From assembly GCA_965218095.1 (NCBI GenBank), contig OZ244587.1:5504001-5568000 (forward strand): a DNA stretch of 64,000 bases. Direction: 5' to 3'. Positions 1-11,208 of the stretch are shown here, piece after piece. The translations under genes were made by a program, and so were the position numbers. The notes below the pieces were generated by a model. That model was not told the DNA's origin and did not search any database. It worked only from the letters and a program-made list of their open reading frames with translations. The stretch is from Candidatus Poribacteria bacterium (GTDB taxonomy: Bacteria; Poribacteria; WGA-4E; PCPOR2b). Within the stretch, counting starts at the first letter, position 1. Each line of letters begins with the position of its first letter.

Positions 1-1
1 T

Positions 2-814
2 GATTATCAGTTTCTCCTTCCCCCATTTCCCGAACAACGTGCCATTGCCCACATCTTACAGGCAATTCAAGAAGCCAGATCCACCCGGCAACGCGAGATT
101 GCGTTAGAGCGTGAACGCAAAGCGGCGTTGATGGATTATCTCTTTTCACACGGCACGAAGGGCGGAACCCGCAAGGAGACGGAGATTGGGGAAATTCCTG
201 AGAGTTGGGAAGTAGTAAGGTTGGGGAAATACTGTTATAAACCGGATTATGGTTATACTGAGAGTGCAAGTGACTCTCCAGTTGGACCCAAATTTTTGCG
301 AATTACGGACATTCAGAACGAAGAGGTGAATTGGGAAAAAGTTCCTTATTGTATTTGTAGTGAGGAAGACAGGGAAAAGTATTTATTAAAAGCTGGTGAT
401 ATAGTAATTGCGCGAATTGGTGCAACTACTGGAAAAGCGTACATAGTTGATGATTGTATTGAAGCAGTTTTTGCATCGTACTTAATTCGAGTGAGAACAA
501 AGGATGATTTATTGCCTGATTTCTTAGCTCAATACTTTCGGACAAATGGTTATTGGAGGCAGATAAACCAAAGCAAGGGGGGTAGGCTCAAAGGAGGCGT
601 AAATATTCCCATACTTAGCTGTCTTGTGCTACCGTTACCTCGTTTTGCTGAACAACAGAAAATCGCCGAAATTCTACAAGCCTTTGACACCAAAATCGCC
701 GCCCTTGAACAAGAAGCCGAACGATTGGATGAACTTTTCCACGCCATGCTCGACGAACTGATGACAGGGCAAAGGCCTGCCGTGCCGCTAATTGATGCAG
801 AATTGCCAAATTAA
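2..814 (+). CDS. hsdS: Type I restriction-modification specificity subunit (5' end outside window)
   Basis: Frame is open from nt 2 (LPPFPEQRAIAHIL...); contains IGEIPESWEVVRLG and PLPRFAEQQKIAEIL conserved S-subunit repeats; upstream of hsdR. Confidence 0.93.
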   Translation, partial: DYQFLLPPFPEQRAIAHILQAIQEARSTRQREIALERERKAALMDYLFSHGTKGGTRKETEIGEIPESWEVVRLGKYCYKPDYGYTESASDSPVGPKFLRITDIQNEEVNWEKVPYCICSEEDREKYLLKAGDIVIARIGATTGKAYIVDDCIEAVFASYLIRVRTKDDLLPDFLAQYFRTNGYWRQINQSKGGRLKGGVNIPILSCLVLPLPRFAEQQKIAEILQAFDTKIAALEQEAERLDELFHAMLDELMTGQRPAVPLIDAELPN

Positions 815-1053
815 CAGAGGAGCACAAAAGTGGAGACGCAAGCGATTCAATACCCGCAGGACTTACGCACTTCAGGGGATTCGCTAGGTAAATCAAAAAT
901 TTACCCCGAAAATACCCGGTGGGTTGTCCGTCGGTTCCTGGCTCATTGAGCCAAGCACGGTGTGGCACAGTGTGGGTATTTGAATCAAGCCTAGAACTAT
1001 GGCGCGACGTTATGGGTATCTTCGGGATTAAGAAACATGCGCTCACCCCAAAT

Positions 1054-1078
1054 TGTAGTTGCCTGATTCATCGGGCAT
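1054..1078 (+). repeat. GTAG-type REP-like hairpin
   Basis: GTAG-TTGCCTGA-TTCA-TCGGGCA; core CCGATTCATCGG recurs near 61547 and 63787. Confidence 0.45.
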
Positions 1079-1080
1079 CG

Positions 1081-1247
1081 TAGAAGGGAAAGAGGCTAGA
1101 AGGGGTCACTTCAGAAGATAACCTTAGCACTGAAACCTGCCTAAGAAGTCTTTAGGTGCCAACGTGGGGTTCCGAGTAACTTTCCGAGGACCTCCCCGTG
1201 CAAACCCCGCATAACTCAGTCATAGCCTGAGTTATCACCCTTTTTTG
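1081..1247 (+). ncRNA. Candidate structured non-coding RNA or leader ending in a terminator-like hairpin
   Basis: Four consecutive stems (GGTCACTTC/GAAGATAACC, CCTAA/TTAGG, GTGGGGTT/AACCCCGC, ATAACTCAG/CTGAGTTAT) followed by CCCTTTTTTG; no family recognised. Confidence 0.35.
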
Positions 1248-1342
1248 TCTCTATCAAATTCTCGCATTTACTATGAAAACTATGAAACTTTCAAACATCT
1301 CTCAATAGGATTTACCACTGTCTGCCATTCTTTTTTACGAAG

Positions 1343-1409
1343 AGAAACCGAGTTTTTTTGCCGACTCGTCGAGCATCCTCGCTACGCGGGACTTGAAAAC
1401 TCGGTTTCT
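1343..1409. repeat. Short inverted-repeat element AGAAACCGAGTTTT...AAAACTCGGTTTCT
   Basis: 14-bp terminal inverted repeats; second copy at 37059-37154. Confidence 0.7.
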
Positions 1410-1463
1410 GTTGCACGATTTCTTAACATGGGCGACGCCATTTACAATCATTCAGAGAAGATT

Positions 1464-4400
1464 ATGTCTGAACGTTCCGCTGTACAGAATCCGATGCTCA
1501 AATACGCCGATGAAATTGGCTGGGAGTCTATTTCTCCATCAAAAGCCGTGCAAATGCGCCGCGGCGATACGGGGCTTTACTTCAACGACGTGCTGAAAAC
1601 GCAACTGATGAAGCGCAACAAGGGCATACTGGACCAATCTCGTTGCGAGGAAATTATGCGACAGTTGCGTTTGCTCAACCCGACGCTTGAGGGAAACCGG
1701 GATGCCCTCTCTTGGTTGCACGGAGAGCAGTCGGTTTTTGTTCCGGATGAGGATCGCTATCGGAATATTACACTGATTGATTACGATACCCCCGACAACA
1801 ACCTGTTTCATGTAACCGATGAATGGTGGCAGAAAGGGGTAGTACACCGCAACCGCGCCGATGTCGTATTTCTGATTAACGGGATTCCAGTAGCGGTGGT
1901 AGAGACCAAATCCGCTAACAAGCGGGATGGATTGGCGGAAGGTGTGGAACAGATTCGACGCTACCATGACGAAACGCCGGAGATGTTTACCACCGCCCAA
2001 CTATTCGGTGTCACGCAACTGTTGGACTTTTTCTATGGCGTGACGTGGAACGTCAGCCGCAAAAACCTGTTCAACTGGAAAAGCAACAAAGCCCCCCTGA
2101 TAAGGGGGGTTGGGGGGTTGCAACACAAAGACCTGTCTAATTCAGAGAACGACGAACCGACAAACTACGAGGGTAAGGTCAAGACCTTCTTTGACCGTGA
2201 GAGCTTCCTGAAAGTGTTGCAGCGGTCGATCATTTTCCAGAGCAAGGACGACACGCTGGCCAAAGTTGTCTTGCGCCAGCACCAGACCCGTGCGGTAGAT
2301 AAGGTAATTAAGCGGGTTCACGACCCGAACAAGCGGCGCGGGCTTATCTGGCACACGCAGGGCAGCGGTAAGACCCTGACCATGATAACGATTGCGTCCC
2401 AACTATTGCGCAGTGGTGGGGAGACGGAAAAGCCGACCGTGTTAATGGTGGTTGACCGCAATGAATTGGAGAGCCAGCTTTTTAGAAATATCACCGGCTA
2501 CGGTATCACCACGCCGGAACTTGCAACGAGCATAAAACACCTACGGAAGATTTTAGCGTCCGATTATCGCGGTTTGATTGTCTCAATGATTCATAAGTTT
2601 GACAAAATACCGGCGAATATCAACACCCGGGAGGGAGTGACTGTATTGGTTGACGAAGCGCACCGGACGACCGGCGGCGATTTGGGGAATTACCTGATGG
2701 CAGCCCTCCCCAATGCGACCTATATCGGCTTTACAGGCACCCCGATTGACAACCTCGCTCAGGGCAAAGGGACCTTTAAGGTGTTCGGTGCGGACGACGA
2801 ACAGGGTTATCTGGATAAATACGCAATAGCGGAATCCATTGAAGATGGCGCCACCGTTCCGTTGAATTATGCCCTTGCCCCCTCCGATTTGCAGGTTGAC
2901 CGCGAAACATTGGAGCGAGAATTTTTAAGCCTTATGGAAGCGGAGGGTGTGAGCGACTTTGAGGAACTGGACGCAATTCTGGATCATGCTGTCAACTTGA
3001 AAGCGATAATGAAAGCCCCCGATCGAATTGACAACGTTGCCGCGTCTGTTGCCAAACATTTTCAGGGAAACGTGGAACCGATGGGATTTAAGGCGTTTCT
3101 AGTTGCCGTAGACCGTGAGGCGTGTGCGTTGTACAAGGCGGCACTCGACAAACATTTACCATCGGCGTATTCGGAGGTGGTCTATTCCCCATACCATCAA
3201 GACTCTGAAGCCATGAAAGCGTATCACCGCACCGATGACGAAGAGAAGGATATTCGTAAGAAATTCTCCGACAAAAACGAGCAGCCGAAGATTCTGATTG
3301 TGACCCAAAAGCTGTTGACCGGCTTCGACGCACCGATTCTCTACTGCATCTACCTCGATAAACCGATGCGTGACCATGTGCTGTTACAGGCAATTGCGCG
3401 TGTCAACCGACCATACGAGGACAACGACGGGCTGGTAAAACCGTACGGGTTTGTCTTAGATTTTGTCGGTATCTTTGAGAATCTCGAAAAAGCCCTTGCC
3501 TTCGATTCGGACGTGGTGGAGAGCGTGATTCAGAATCTTGACGTACTCAAGGACGCTTTCGCCGAGCGGATTCGGGAGGACGCGGCGCAGTATTTACCCT
3601 TTGCCGGCGGTTGGGACGATAAGGCGAAAGAACGGGCGATTGAGCATTTTGAGGACAAGGACAGCCGAGAGGCTTTTTTCAAATTCTTCAGACAGGTGCA
3701 GGATATCTATAACATTCTTTCGCCGGATGCCTTCTTGCGCCCGTTTATGGAGGATTATCAGTCACTTGCATCGCTCTATGGGCTGATTCGGAACGCCTAT
3801 GCTGACCGTCCTTATGTTGATAAGGAGTTGACCGCCAAGACGCGGGAACTGTTACAGCAGCATACGGAGAGCGATCAGTTTGCGCTACCGGGTTCTATTC
3901 ATGAATTGGGCGCAAATACATTGAGGGAAATTGGGGACAGTGAGGTATCGGATACGGTGCAGGTGCTGAATTTGCGGAAGGTCCTGCATAAAACGGTGAT
4001 AGAAGAAAGCCGGTCAAAGCCGTTTCTGATTTCGATTGGAGAACGAGCAGAGGCACTTAAAGAAAAGTATGAAAATCGTCAACTGACAACGCAGCAGGTA
4101 CTGGCTGCGTATGAAGAATTAGTGAAGAAATGTGAGCGGGCGTCAAGCGAACGCACCCGAATGAACTTGGACGAGAACGCCTTTGCGGTTTATAAGGTTC
4201 TTGAGGGCTATGCGGAAGACATTACACCAGAGCAGGTGCGAGCCCTCAATAGAGTCTTTGACCAATTTTCCGATTATCAGTGGAACGCACACCAAAACAG
4301 TCAGTTGCGGGGGATGTTCTACATAACATTAAGACCTATTGTTGGAACAGAAGATCTGATCGAAGCAACAAACGCATTGTTAAAGTTAGAGCGAATATGA
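1464..4400 (+). CDS. hsdR: Type I restriction endonuclease subunit R
   Basis: [19 protein letters not shown] nuclease motif, HTQGSGKT Walker A, DEAH box, LQAIARVNR; ATG at 1464 is more plausible than the ORF-track start. Confidence 0.95.
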   Translation: MSERSAVQNPMLKYADEIGWESISPSKAVQMRRGDTGLYFNDVLKTQLMKRNKGILDQSRCEEIMRQLRLLNPTLEGNRDALSWLHGEQSVFVPDEDRYRNITLIDYDTPDNNLFHVTDEWWQKGVVHRNRADVVFLINGIPVAVVETKSANKRDGLAEGVEQIRRYHDETPEMFTTAQLFGVTQLLDFFYGVTWNVSRKNLFNWKSNKAPLIRGVGGLQHKDLSNSENDEPTNYEGKVKTFFDRESFLKVLQRSIIFQSKDDTLAKVVLRQHQTRAVDKVIKRVHDPNKRRGLIWHTQGSGKTLTMITIASQLLRSGGETEKPTVLMVVDRNELESQLFRNITGYGITTPELATSIKHLRKILASDYRGLIVSMIHKFDKIPANINTREGVTVLVDEAHRTTGGDLGNYLMAALPNATYIGFTGTPIDNLAQGKGTFKVFGADDEQGYLDKYAIAESIEDGATVPLNYALAPSDLQVDRETLEREFLSLMEAEGVSDFEELDAILDHAVNLKAIMKAPDRIDNVAASVAKHFQGNVEPMGFKAFLVAVDREACALYKAALDKHLPSAYSEVVYSPYHQDSEAMKAYHRTDDEEKDIRKKFSDKNEQPKILIVTQKLLTGFDAPILYCIYLDKPMRDHVLLQAIARVNRPYEDNDGLVKPYGFVLDFVGIFENLEKALAFDSDVVESVIQNLDVLKDAFAERIREDAAQYLPFAGGWDDKAKERAIEHFEDKDSREAFFKFFRQVQDIYNILSPDAFLRPFMEDYQSLASLYGLIRNAYADRPYVDKELTAKTRELLQQHTESDQFALPGSIHELGANTLREIGDSEVSDTVQVLNLRKVLHKTVIEESRSKPFLISIGERAEALKEKYENRQLTTQQVLAAYEELVKKCERASSERTRMNLDENAFAVYKVLEGYAEDITPEQVRALNRVFDQFSDYQWNAHQNSQLRGMFYITLRPIVGTEDLIEATNALLKLERI

Positions 4401-4765
4401 AGGCCGAAAGTGTCTGGAATGACTCAGAGGATTTGAAAGGTGCCGTGTGGCAGTGGGCGGACCACATTGGTGTGAAGGTGCGGGAGGTGCATCTACGCGA
4501 TATGCGGAGGAAATGGGCATCCATATCGACAAAGGGGCGATTGACCCTCAGCACGGACCTGCTCGACCTGCCGGAAGCGTTGGGGGAATTTGTCATCGTC
4601 CATGAATTAGTCCATCTCCTTGCCCCGAATCACGGGAGGGTGTTCAAAAGTTTCATGTCTGCCTACCTTCCCGATTGGGAAGAAAGACAGCATGACTTAC
4701 AGACCTTATCGCCTCTTGCGGTCAAGACTCCACAGGGTGGGGATGTAGATCGCTGGAAAGTGTAA
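4397..4765 (+). CDS. M48/YgjP-like zinc metallopeptidase associated with type I RM
   Basis: HELVH...NH motif and KWAS motif; ATGA overlap with the hsdR stop. Confidence 0.88.
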   Translation: MKAESVWNDSEDLKGAVWQWADHIGVKVREVHLRDMRRKWASISTKGRLTLSTDLLDLPEALGEFVIVHELVHLLAPNHGRVFKSFMSAYLPDWEERQHDLQTLSPLAVKTPQGGDVDRWKV

Positions 4766-4770
4766 TGTCC

Positions 4771-4799
4771 TTGAGTTTCAAGGCGTTTTGTGGTACAAT
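4771..4799 (+). promoter_or_regulatory. sigma70-type promoter
   Basis: TTGAGT-17bp-TACAAT with extended -10 TG, upstream of the TonB receptor. Confidence 0.5.
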
Positions 4800-4868
4800 T
4801 TTACTATACGATAGCCCCTTTTAGAAGGGGGGGGGCACCGCGAAGATGCCATGAAAGGAGATTCACAA

Positions 4869-7477
4869 TGAAACACAAACTTAGTCTTGAACCCCTTACC
4901 CTCCTGCTCGGCATCGCTGCACTGCTTTTGATGAGTGTCGTGCCAGCTACCGCGGCACAGGAATCAACCGAAGAAGAGATGGCGCCTGAAGAAAAAGAAG
5001 ATATGGCGTCCGAAGAAAACGTGATAATGCTCGAAGAACAGGTAGTCGTCGGTTCATGAGCGCGACCACGTTCTGTCATTGATTCAGCAGTGCCTATTGA
5101 TACGCTTGGCAGTGATGAATTCGTCAAACAAGGCGGCAACGATCTGCCAGACCTGCTGAGAAACGTCGTGCCTTCCTACAATGTCGGTCTCCAGCCAATC
5201 AGCGATGCGGCGACCGTCGTCCGACCTCCCAATCTGCGGGGGCTGGCGCCCGACCATGCGTTGGTGCTCGTCAACGGCAAGCGCCGCCACCGCGCCTCCG
5301 TGATTTACTGGCTGGGCAATGGTCTCGCTGATGCTGCCCAAGGGCCCGACATATCCGCCATCCCGGCAATTGCCCTGAAACGAGTGGAAGTCCTCCGCGA
5401 CGGCGCCTCGGCGCAGTACGGCTCCGATGCCATTGCCGGCGTGATGAACTTCCAACTCAAAGACAATTATGAAGGCGGTTCTATTCAAATCAAACCCGGT
5501 ATTTTCCAAGAAGGCGACGGTTTCACGTATGCTGTCGCTGGCAATATCGGTTTGGGCCGCAAAGATCACTGGGCAAATCTCAGTCTAGAGTATGGCAACA
5601 CGGATGAGACCGACCGCTCCGTGCAGCGAGATGATGCCGCTGCTCTGACAGCCGCGGACAATATTGACGTGGCAAATCCTGCCCAACCTTGGGGGTAACC
5701 CTTTATTAGAGACGACCTGAAACTCTTTGCCAACTACGCCACCGCCATCAACGACGACATCAAGTTATATGGCCACGCCAACTATGCCAGCAAACAGGTT
5801 GAGGGCGGGTTCTATTTCCGCAATCCCAATACGCGGCCTGCCGTATTTAGTAACGACGGCGGGGAAACATTACTAGTTGGTGCTTTGGACAGCCGTAAGG
5901 CTGAAGATATTCCTGAGGTTAAAATTACCGACAACGTGCCGGACTCCGCTGCCCTACAACAGGTTAAGAATGACCACAATTTATTCACATTCCAAGAAAA
6001 ATTTCCTAGCGGTTTCACACCCCGATTTGGGGCGGACACGAGAGATTTAGCCGTTCTAGCAGGTCTCAAAGGAACAGTCTCGGAAACGGAAATCACCTGG
6101 GATTTAAGTGCTTCTTATGGCCGCCATCACTCCGATTTCTTCATTTTCAATACTGTGAATGCTTCTCTCGGTCCCGACACGCCGACCGAATTCAATCCGG
6201 GCGACTATATCCAAGCGGATACCAATTTTAACTTTGATGTCACTTATCCGCTAATGGATGAGCTATTCCTCGCCGCGGGCCTTGAATATCGCACAGAAGC
6301 ATTTGAAATTGTGAAGGGACAGATAGAGTCTTATCAGGTAGGCCCTTTGGCGAACCAGGGATTTAGCTCAGGTTCCAATGGTTTCCCGGGTTTCGGTAAT
6401 ATTGCCGCAGGCAGATGGGATCGGTACAACGTGGCTGCCTATGTGGAAACTGAAGTCAACCCACTCGACAACTGGTTGCTTGCCATTGCTCTGCGTGGTG
6501 AAGACTTTGAGGATTTTGGATCCACGCTTAACTACAAGGTGGCGACGAACTTCGGCGTTACCGAATTCGCGGAGGAGATGGGGTTGCTAGAGGGTAACGT
6601 CCCTAACCTAAAAGTGCGCGGCAGTTACAGCACTGGTTTCAGGGCGCCGACCCCCGGTCAGCAAAACGCCTTTAACGTAACAACTGAGTTCGCGCAAGAT
6701 GACGAAGGCAATTTCATCCTGGCAAATAAAGGCACGATTCCTTCTACCCATCCAGCAGCGGACTTGGTGGGCGGCAAGGGACTTGAGCCTGAAAAGTCAA
6801 AAAACTTCACTGTTGGTACTATTGTTGATAGTGATATGTTCAGCGTAACGGTCGACTACTTTAACATTACAGTGGAAGATCGCCTGACGACCTCCAGTGA
6901 CAAGGAGCTTACGCCTGAACAGGTTGACCAGTTGGAGGCCACAGGCATAAACGCGAAAAACCTGCAAGAATTCCGATTCTTTACCAATGACTTTGAAACG
7001 AAAACCCAAGGTATTGACCTCGTTCTCACGATCCCGGTCCGCACAGGCGCACTGAGTCTCGCGTATAACTACACGGGCACCGAAGTTACCAAATACAACC
7101 CCGAACTTCTTAACGAACAACGCATCACGCTATTGGAGAAAGGGCTTCCCAGAAACCGCGGGAATATATCCCTGACACAAGCTCTGACCAATAATTGGAA
7201 TGCATTGGCGCGTGTCAATTATTACGGTTCTTGGGATGAATGGGCTGTCGGCCACCAAGTCTTCGGTAGCGCAGTTTTGCTCGACCTTGAGTCCAGTTTC
7301 TCACTTGATGTTGGATCAGCAATAACGATTGGCGTTAACAATATTCTCAACGTCGAGCCTGATAATATTACAGAAGGCGATGATCCCGCACCAATAGTTG
7401 GCAGACCATTCGGTGAGTACAGCCCGTATGGTTTTGGCGGCACGTTTTGGTATGCCAAATACAACTACAGTTTTTAG
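4869..7477 (+). pseudogene. TonB-dependent receptor interrupted by two in-frame stops
   Basis: Signal peptide, plug motifs (LRGLAPDHALVLVNGKRRH, VEVLRDGASAQYGSDAIAGV), C-terminal YNYSF; three ORF pieces share one frame, with TGA at 5057 and TAA at 5696. Confidence 0.9.
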
Positions 7478-7646
7478 GATAAAGAGTCAGCCTGATTCAG
7501 GTTCACGGTGCGACGCCCTCTCTGTCTCTCCCCCCAAAGTTGGGTGGAGACCAAACGTGCGATGAATTGCATGACTACGCAGCACAAGTCGTCAATATCC
7601 ATTTTTTTATCAAATGGTTCAAACAGGCTCTAAAGGAGGATCTAAA

Positions 7647-8529
7647 ATGAGATGTCCAATTGGTATTACAATTCTCAGTATCATGTTTCTCTTTGCAATG
7701 AGCAGTTCGATGGCGCAAGGCGCCGTTGCCGGTGCACAGATTGAGTTTATCGTTGACGAAGCCAACTTCGTCAACGGTGACTGGAAGAGCAGCGGCGTAG
7801 CCGGCAAGAAACTGAAAGGTGGGAAGAAGGGCGGGAAAGCCACGCCGGTTTTCGAGCCTGCCGCCGGTGAGGAGCCGGCGCGGTTCACCGGCACGGAGAA
7901 GGGCCAGTACTTCGGCGGCAACATCTTGATAAACCCAAGCGTCAATCTGGAGGACTGGACGCTTGATGTCCTCTTGAAGCGCAACGGCCCCGCGTTTGGC
8001 GATGAGCACCATGTTCTCGGCCTCCATAAGGCGGGGCATGGAGGTGGAACGTGGGCCGACGCAAACCAGTGGATTATGTTGGGCTTCACCGAGAAGGACA
8101 CGGGGAAGATGTTTATCGGACTCAAAGCGGCTGAGGAACCGTTGAAAGGCCCCGACGGGGAGACTAAGGCTTACGAAAACCTCGTCGATATTGGGGTAAA
8201 TCAGTGGCGCCACATCTTACTTCACCTACGACAATGGTAAAAACCAGCTTGAGTCCTGGATGGATGGCCTGCTGCAAAAGAAGGTGATGGCTAAGCATGA
8301 CTTTGATCCCGAGGTGGCGCTGAACTACCACATCGTCTTCGCAGGCGCAAAGGAATCGCAGCGAGGGATTGCAGAGGTTGAGCAGAAAGGCCAGACCTTC
8401 AACGGCTCCATCCGACTCGTCCGGGTGTATGACCGGGTGCTGACCGTTGCGGAGATTCAAGAAAACCTCAGTGTGGAGCCAGCGGACAAATTCACGACGA
8501 CTTGGGGCGGTGTCAAAACACGGTATTAG
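7647..8529 (+). pseudogene. Secreted LamG-like (concanavalin A-like) domain protein, frameshifted
   Basis: Signal peptide; QWRHI-(+1)-YFTYDNG...FNGSIRLVRVYDRVLT; C-terminal VEPADKFTTTWGGVK; one extra base near 8216. Confidence 0.75.
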
Positions 8530-8742
8530 GTGCGGCGTGGAGTTCGGTTTCTGGCAACATTTCCCCAAACCAAACGACATCACACCCAGGTCCCCCGACA
8601 CACTGAACGGCATTCAGATAACCCACAAGCCAAATTTTAGCATTACACTTGAGTGGACTTCAGCTTTGAGCCCCGATAGATCGGGATCTTCGCTTTGCTT
8701 GGGTTGAACTTCAGTGAACAAAAATGTTAGCTACTGAAATAC

Positions 8743-9930
8743 CTACTCATAAAACCACTGTATGGGTAGAACCCTAATTTTGCACGCCACATAGCCGACG
8801 GTGTCGTATTTGCAGCCGTAGCCGCAGGTTATGACAGCTTTGTCTTCAATGAAGGTGCAGGTTGGGTAGGCGCACCGAAGGGGGCCAGGCGCCCTGTGGT
8901 AACGCTTCCGATCCTCGGGTTGATGGTAAGTCGGGAATCGCGGCTCGTGATGATAGATTTTTATCTCCGAGGGGTCAATCCGGGCGACATCGTCCAGGGA
9001 TTCAAGGTTCTTGAAGTTCTCCCATGTTTTCCCTTCATCGCGGCTGATTGCACAGGAGAGACGGTGACGGGTCAGGTAAGCCTGTAGTTCCTCGGCCGAT
9101 GCTTGAGTCCAGATGATAAGCAGGTCTCCTGTGGTAGGGATACGTCTGAGCAGGCAGGGTGCAGAGTCTGCGGCAAGCTGCGTTGGATCCGGAGCCTGCC
9201 ACGTTTCACCTTGATCATCGGAGATGCTTTGGAACAACCGTCCCAGATTGGTTCGTCCCATACCCAGTAGACGACTGTCCTTCAACTCCACCAGGCTCCA
9301 CTCGTCCCACATATACATGCCTCTCAACCCCTTATCGAGGGGAACGAAAATAACATTCTTGCTCTCCTGCCATGTCTCTCCCTCATCGTCTGAATAGTAG
9401 GCAATACCAAATCCAAACTCCTCAATATGTTCGGAGATGGCTTCAGGACCAAACCGGCACATGTAGGCTGGCGCCATGATGCGACCACTCTTGAGTACCA
9501 GGGCACAGTCGTTTCTCACATGCATCCCCCATTTCTTTTGGCCTATCGCTACCCCTCCCATCCATGTTTTTCCTTCATCAGCGGAGCGATAGAAAGTCTC
9601 CCCACAGATGAGGCCCAAGGCGCCAGACCGCAGTCGAAGCAAGCTGATGGGTCTTCCCCCCTTGACATCTCCGCCCTCCGTTGTCCTAAGTGGGAAGGGC
9701 TCGCCAAAGGTTCTCCCTTGATCGGCGGAAGTGATTCCGTGATACCCCTGCCCCCTAGCCCCTTCTCTTCTGCTCTGCACAGCGGCGTAGACCATAAGGA
9801 GCCGCCCATCCGCTAACCCGATGGCGGAAGACTCGTACGGGGAGACGACCTTCAAAGCGCCACCGCCCACTATATCTTCGATAGGATAGACAGTACCACT
9901 GACATCAACAATTCCTTCAAAAATCTCCAT
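8743..9930 (-). CDS. Exo-alpha-sialidase / BNR (Asp-box) repeat protein
   Basis: Five Asp boxes: SADQGRTF, SADEGKTW, SDDEGETW, SDDQGETW, SRDEGKTW. Confidence 0.85.
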   Translation of the reverse strand: MEIFEGIVDVSGTVYPIEDIVGGGALKVVSPYESSAIGLADGRLLMVYAAVQSRREGARGQGYHGITSADQGRTFGEPFPLRTTEGGDVKGGRPISLLRLRSGALGLICGETFYRSADEGKTWMGGVAIGQKKWGMHVRNDCALVLKSGRIMAPAYMCRFGPEAISEHIEEFGFGIAYYSDDEGETWQESKNVIFVPLDKGLRGMYMWDEWSLVELKDSRLLGMGRTNLGRLFQSISDDQGETWQAPDPTQLAADSAPCLLRRIPTTGDLLIIWTQASAEELQAYLTRHRLSCAISRDEGKTWENFKNLESLDDVARIDPSEIKIYHHEPRFPTYHQPEDRKRYHRAPGPLRCAYPTCTFIEDKAVITCGYGCKYDTVGYVACKIRVLPIQWFYE

Positions 9931-9978
9931 TTTTGTTTACCTCCTTGTCGTTGAAAATGGTACACTAAAGAGAATACA

Positions 9979-10872
9979 TTGTACAAGGAAAATCAATTGG
10001 ATAGACTGGTAAATTTCATTTATAATGCTCACCTTACTGCTCTGCGACGATTGCTTATTTCCATCCTTTGCGTTGTCATGCTTGGCTCACCTCGCCTTTG
10101 GGCTGCCCCTTACTTCCGGGATAGTGGCCTGGTAGATGTACCGACAGGAGGGGTAATCGAACACGGAATCTTTAATGTTGGAACGTATTTCGCCTTCCGC
10201 AATGAAGATAAACTGCCACGCGACGAAGCTGCGCTCCAGCTCGATTTTGGGCTGTTCGATCGCGTTGAAATCGGTCTGACGAGCGTTCGGCATAATCAAA
10301 AGAGTTTTTTATCAGGGAATCTCAAGGTGCTTCTCTTTCGCGAAGCTGGGACCGTCCCCAATGTGGCTATTGGCATCGAAAATATTGGTGACAAGATTGA
10401 AACGGGACTGAATGACCTCAAGCGCTACAAGCGCAAATCTGTGTTTCTCGCGATTAGCAAGACGTTCAACTTGCCACGCATTCATCAGATTAATGGACAT
10501 ATCGGTATCGGGAAGAACCGTTTTGTCGAAGAGCTCGGCATGAGTGAGGTATTGAATGGGGTGTTCTTTGGGGTCAGTAAAAGCTTCCAACCTGCCTTTG
10601 CAAAAGGCGATCTGACTTTCAGCATTGAGGGCAATGGCAGGGGAATCAACACGGGGATGCGCCACACCGCAGCCAGTGGACTGCAAGTTTACATCGGCGC
10701 AGAAGCGCTGAACGCCCCGGCGACCGACGGAAAGGAGATCCGGTATCTAGCTGGTGTCGCCTGGACGAACCGGGCGGTGATGAAACGGGTTGAGGAAGCC
10801 AAGCGGTTAGCGAAACAGGCCGCTCGGCTTGCAAGTCAAGCGAAGAAAACTGTCAAAGAAAGGAAACAATGA
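9979..10872 (+). CDS. YjbH-like outer-membrane beta-barrel protein
   Basis: Signal-like segment, GLVDVPTG motif, amphipathic beta strands; start uncertain. Confidence 0.55.
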   Translation: MYKENQLDRLVNFIYNAHLTALRRLLISILCVVMLGSPRLWAAPYFRDSGLVDVPTGGVIEHGIFNVGTYFAFRNEDKLPRDEAALQLDFGLFDRVEIGLTSVRHNQKSFLSGNLKVLLFREAGTVPNVAIGIENIGDKIETGLNDLKRYKRKSVFLAISKTFNLPRIHQINGHIGIGKNRFVEELGMSEVLNGVFFGVSKSFQPAFAKGDLTFSIEGNGRGINTGMRHTAASGLQVYIGAEALNAPATDGKEIRYLAGVAWTNRAVMKRVEEAKRLAKQAARLASQAKKTVKERKQ

Positions 10873-10974
10873 GGCAAGCGCAATTCGCCACATTATCTCT
10901 TGATTCGTATATTGTTTGAAGATATAATTGACAACACCTCAACGGGTTAGGGGAAGGAAAAGCGAGTTATGTTA

Positions 10975-11053
10975 ACCCAAGTTGCTACCTATTGAAAATC
11001 CATGGGTTTTCCGTTAAAGTTGAGGTGCTCAACCATAACCTCAAAGGAGAAAC
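10975..11053 (+). mobile_element. Truncated left end of an IS982-family element
   Basis: ACCCAAGTTGCTA..TTGAAAATCCATGGGTTTTCCGTTAAA..GGAGAAAC matches the left end of the IS at 41728. Confidence 0.8.
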
Positions 11054-11208
11054 TGAAGTGCCAACGGAAATTCAGACCAAAAATAAGCAAAGTTAATCTA
11101 AGTGCTGTCGCTCAAACTCATTTTGGCTAGTTCATCACAGAAGACCACCTTTTGAAATTATGCGGGAAAATTTTCGCACAACCGAACGAATCGTTGATTC
11201 GCTGATTC

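Noticed and set aside
1081-1247. SAM-I riboswitch, glmS ribozyme or HDV-like ribozyme
   Set aside because: Only fragmentary motif resemblance (GGTGCCAA, CCTCCCCG); required core elements are missing
1245-1463. 73-aa N-terminal extension of HsdR in the ORF track
   Set aside because: Runs through an inverted-repeat element; the family-like sequence begins at ATG 1464
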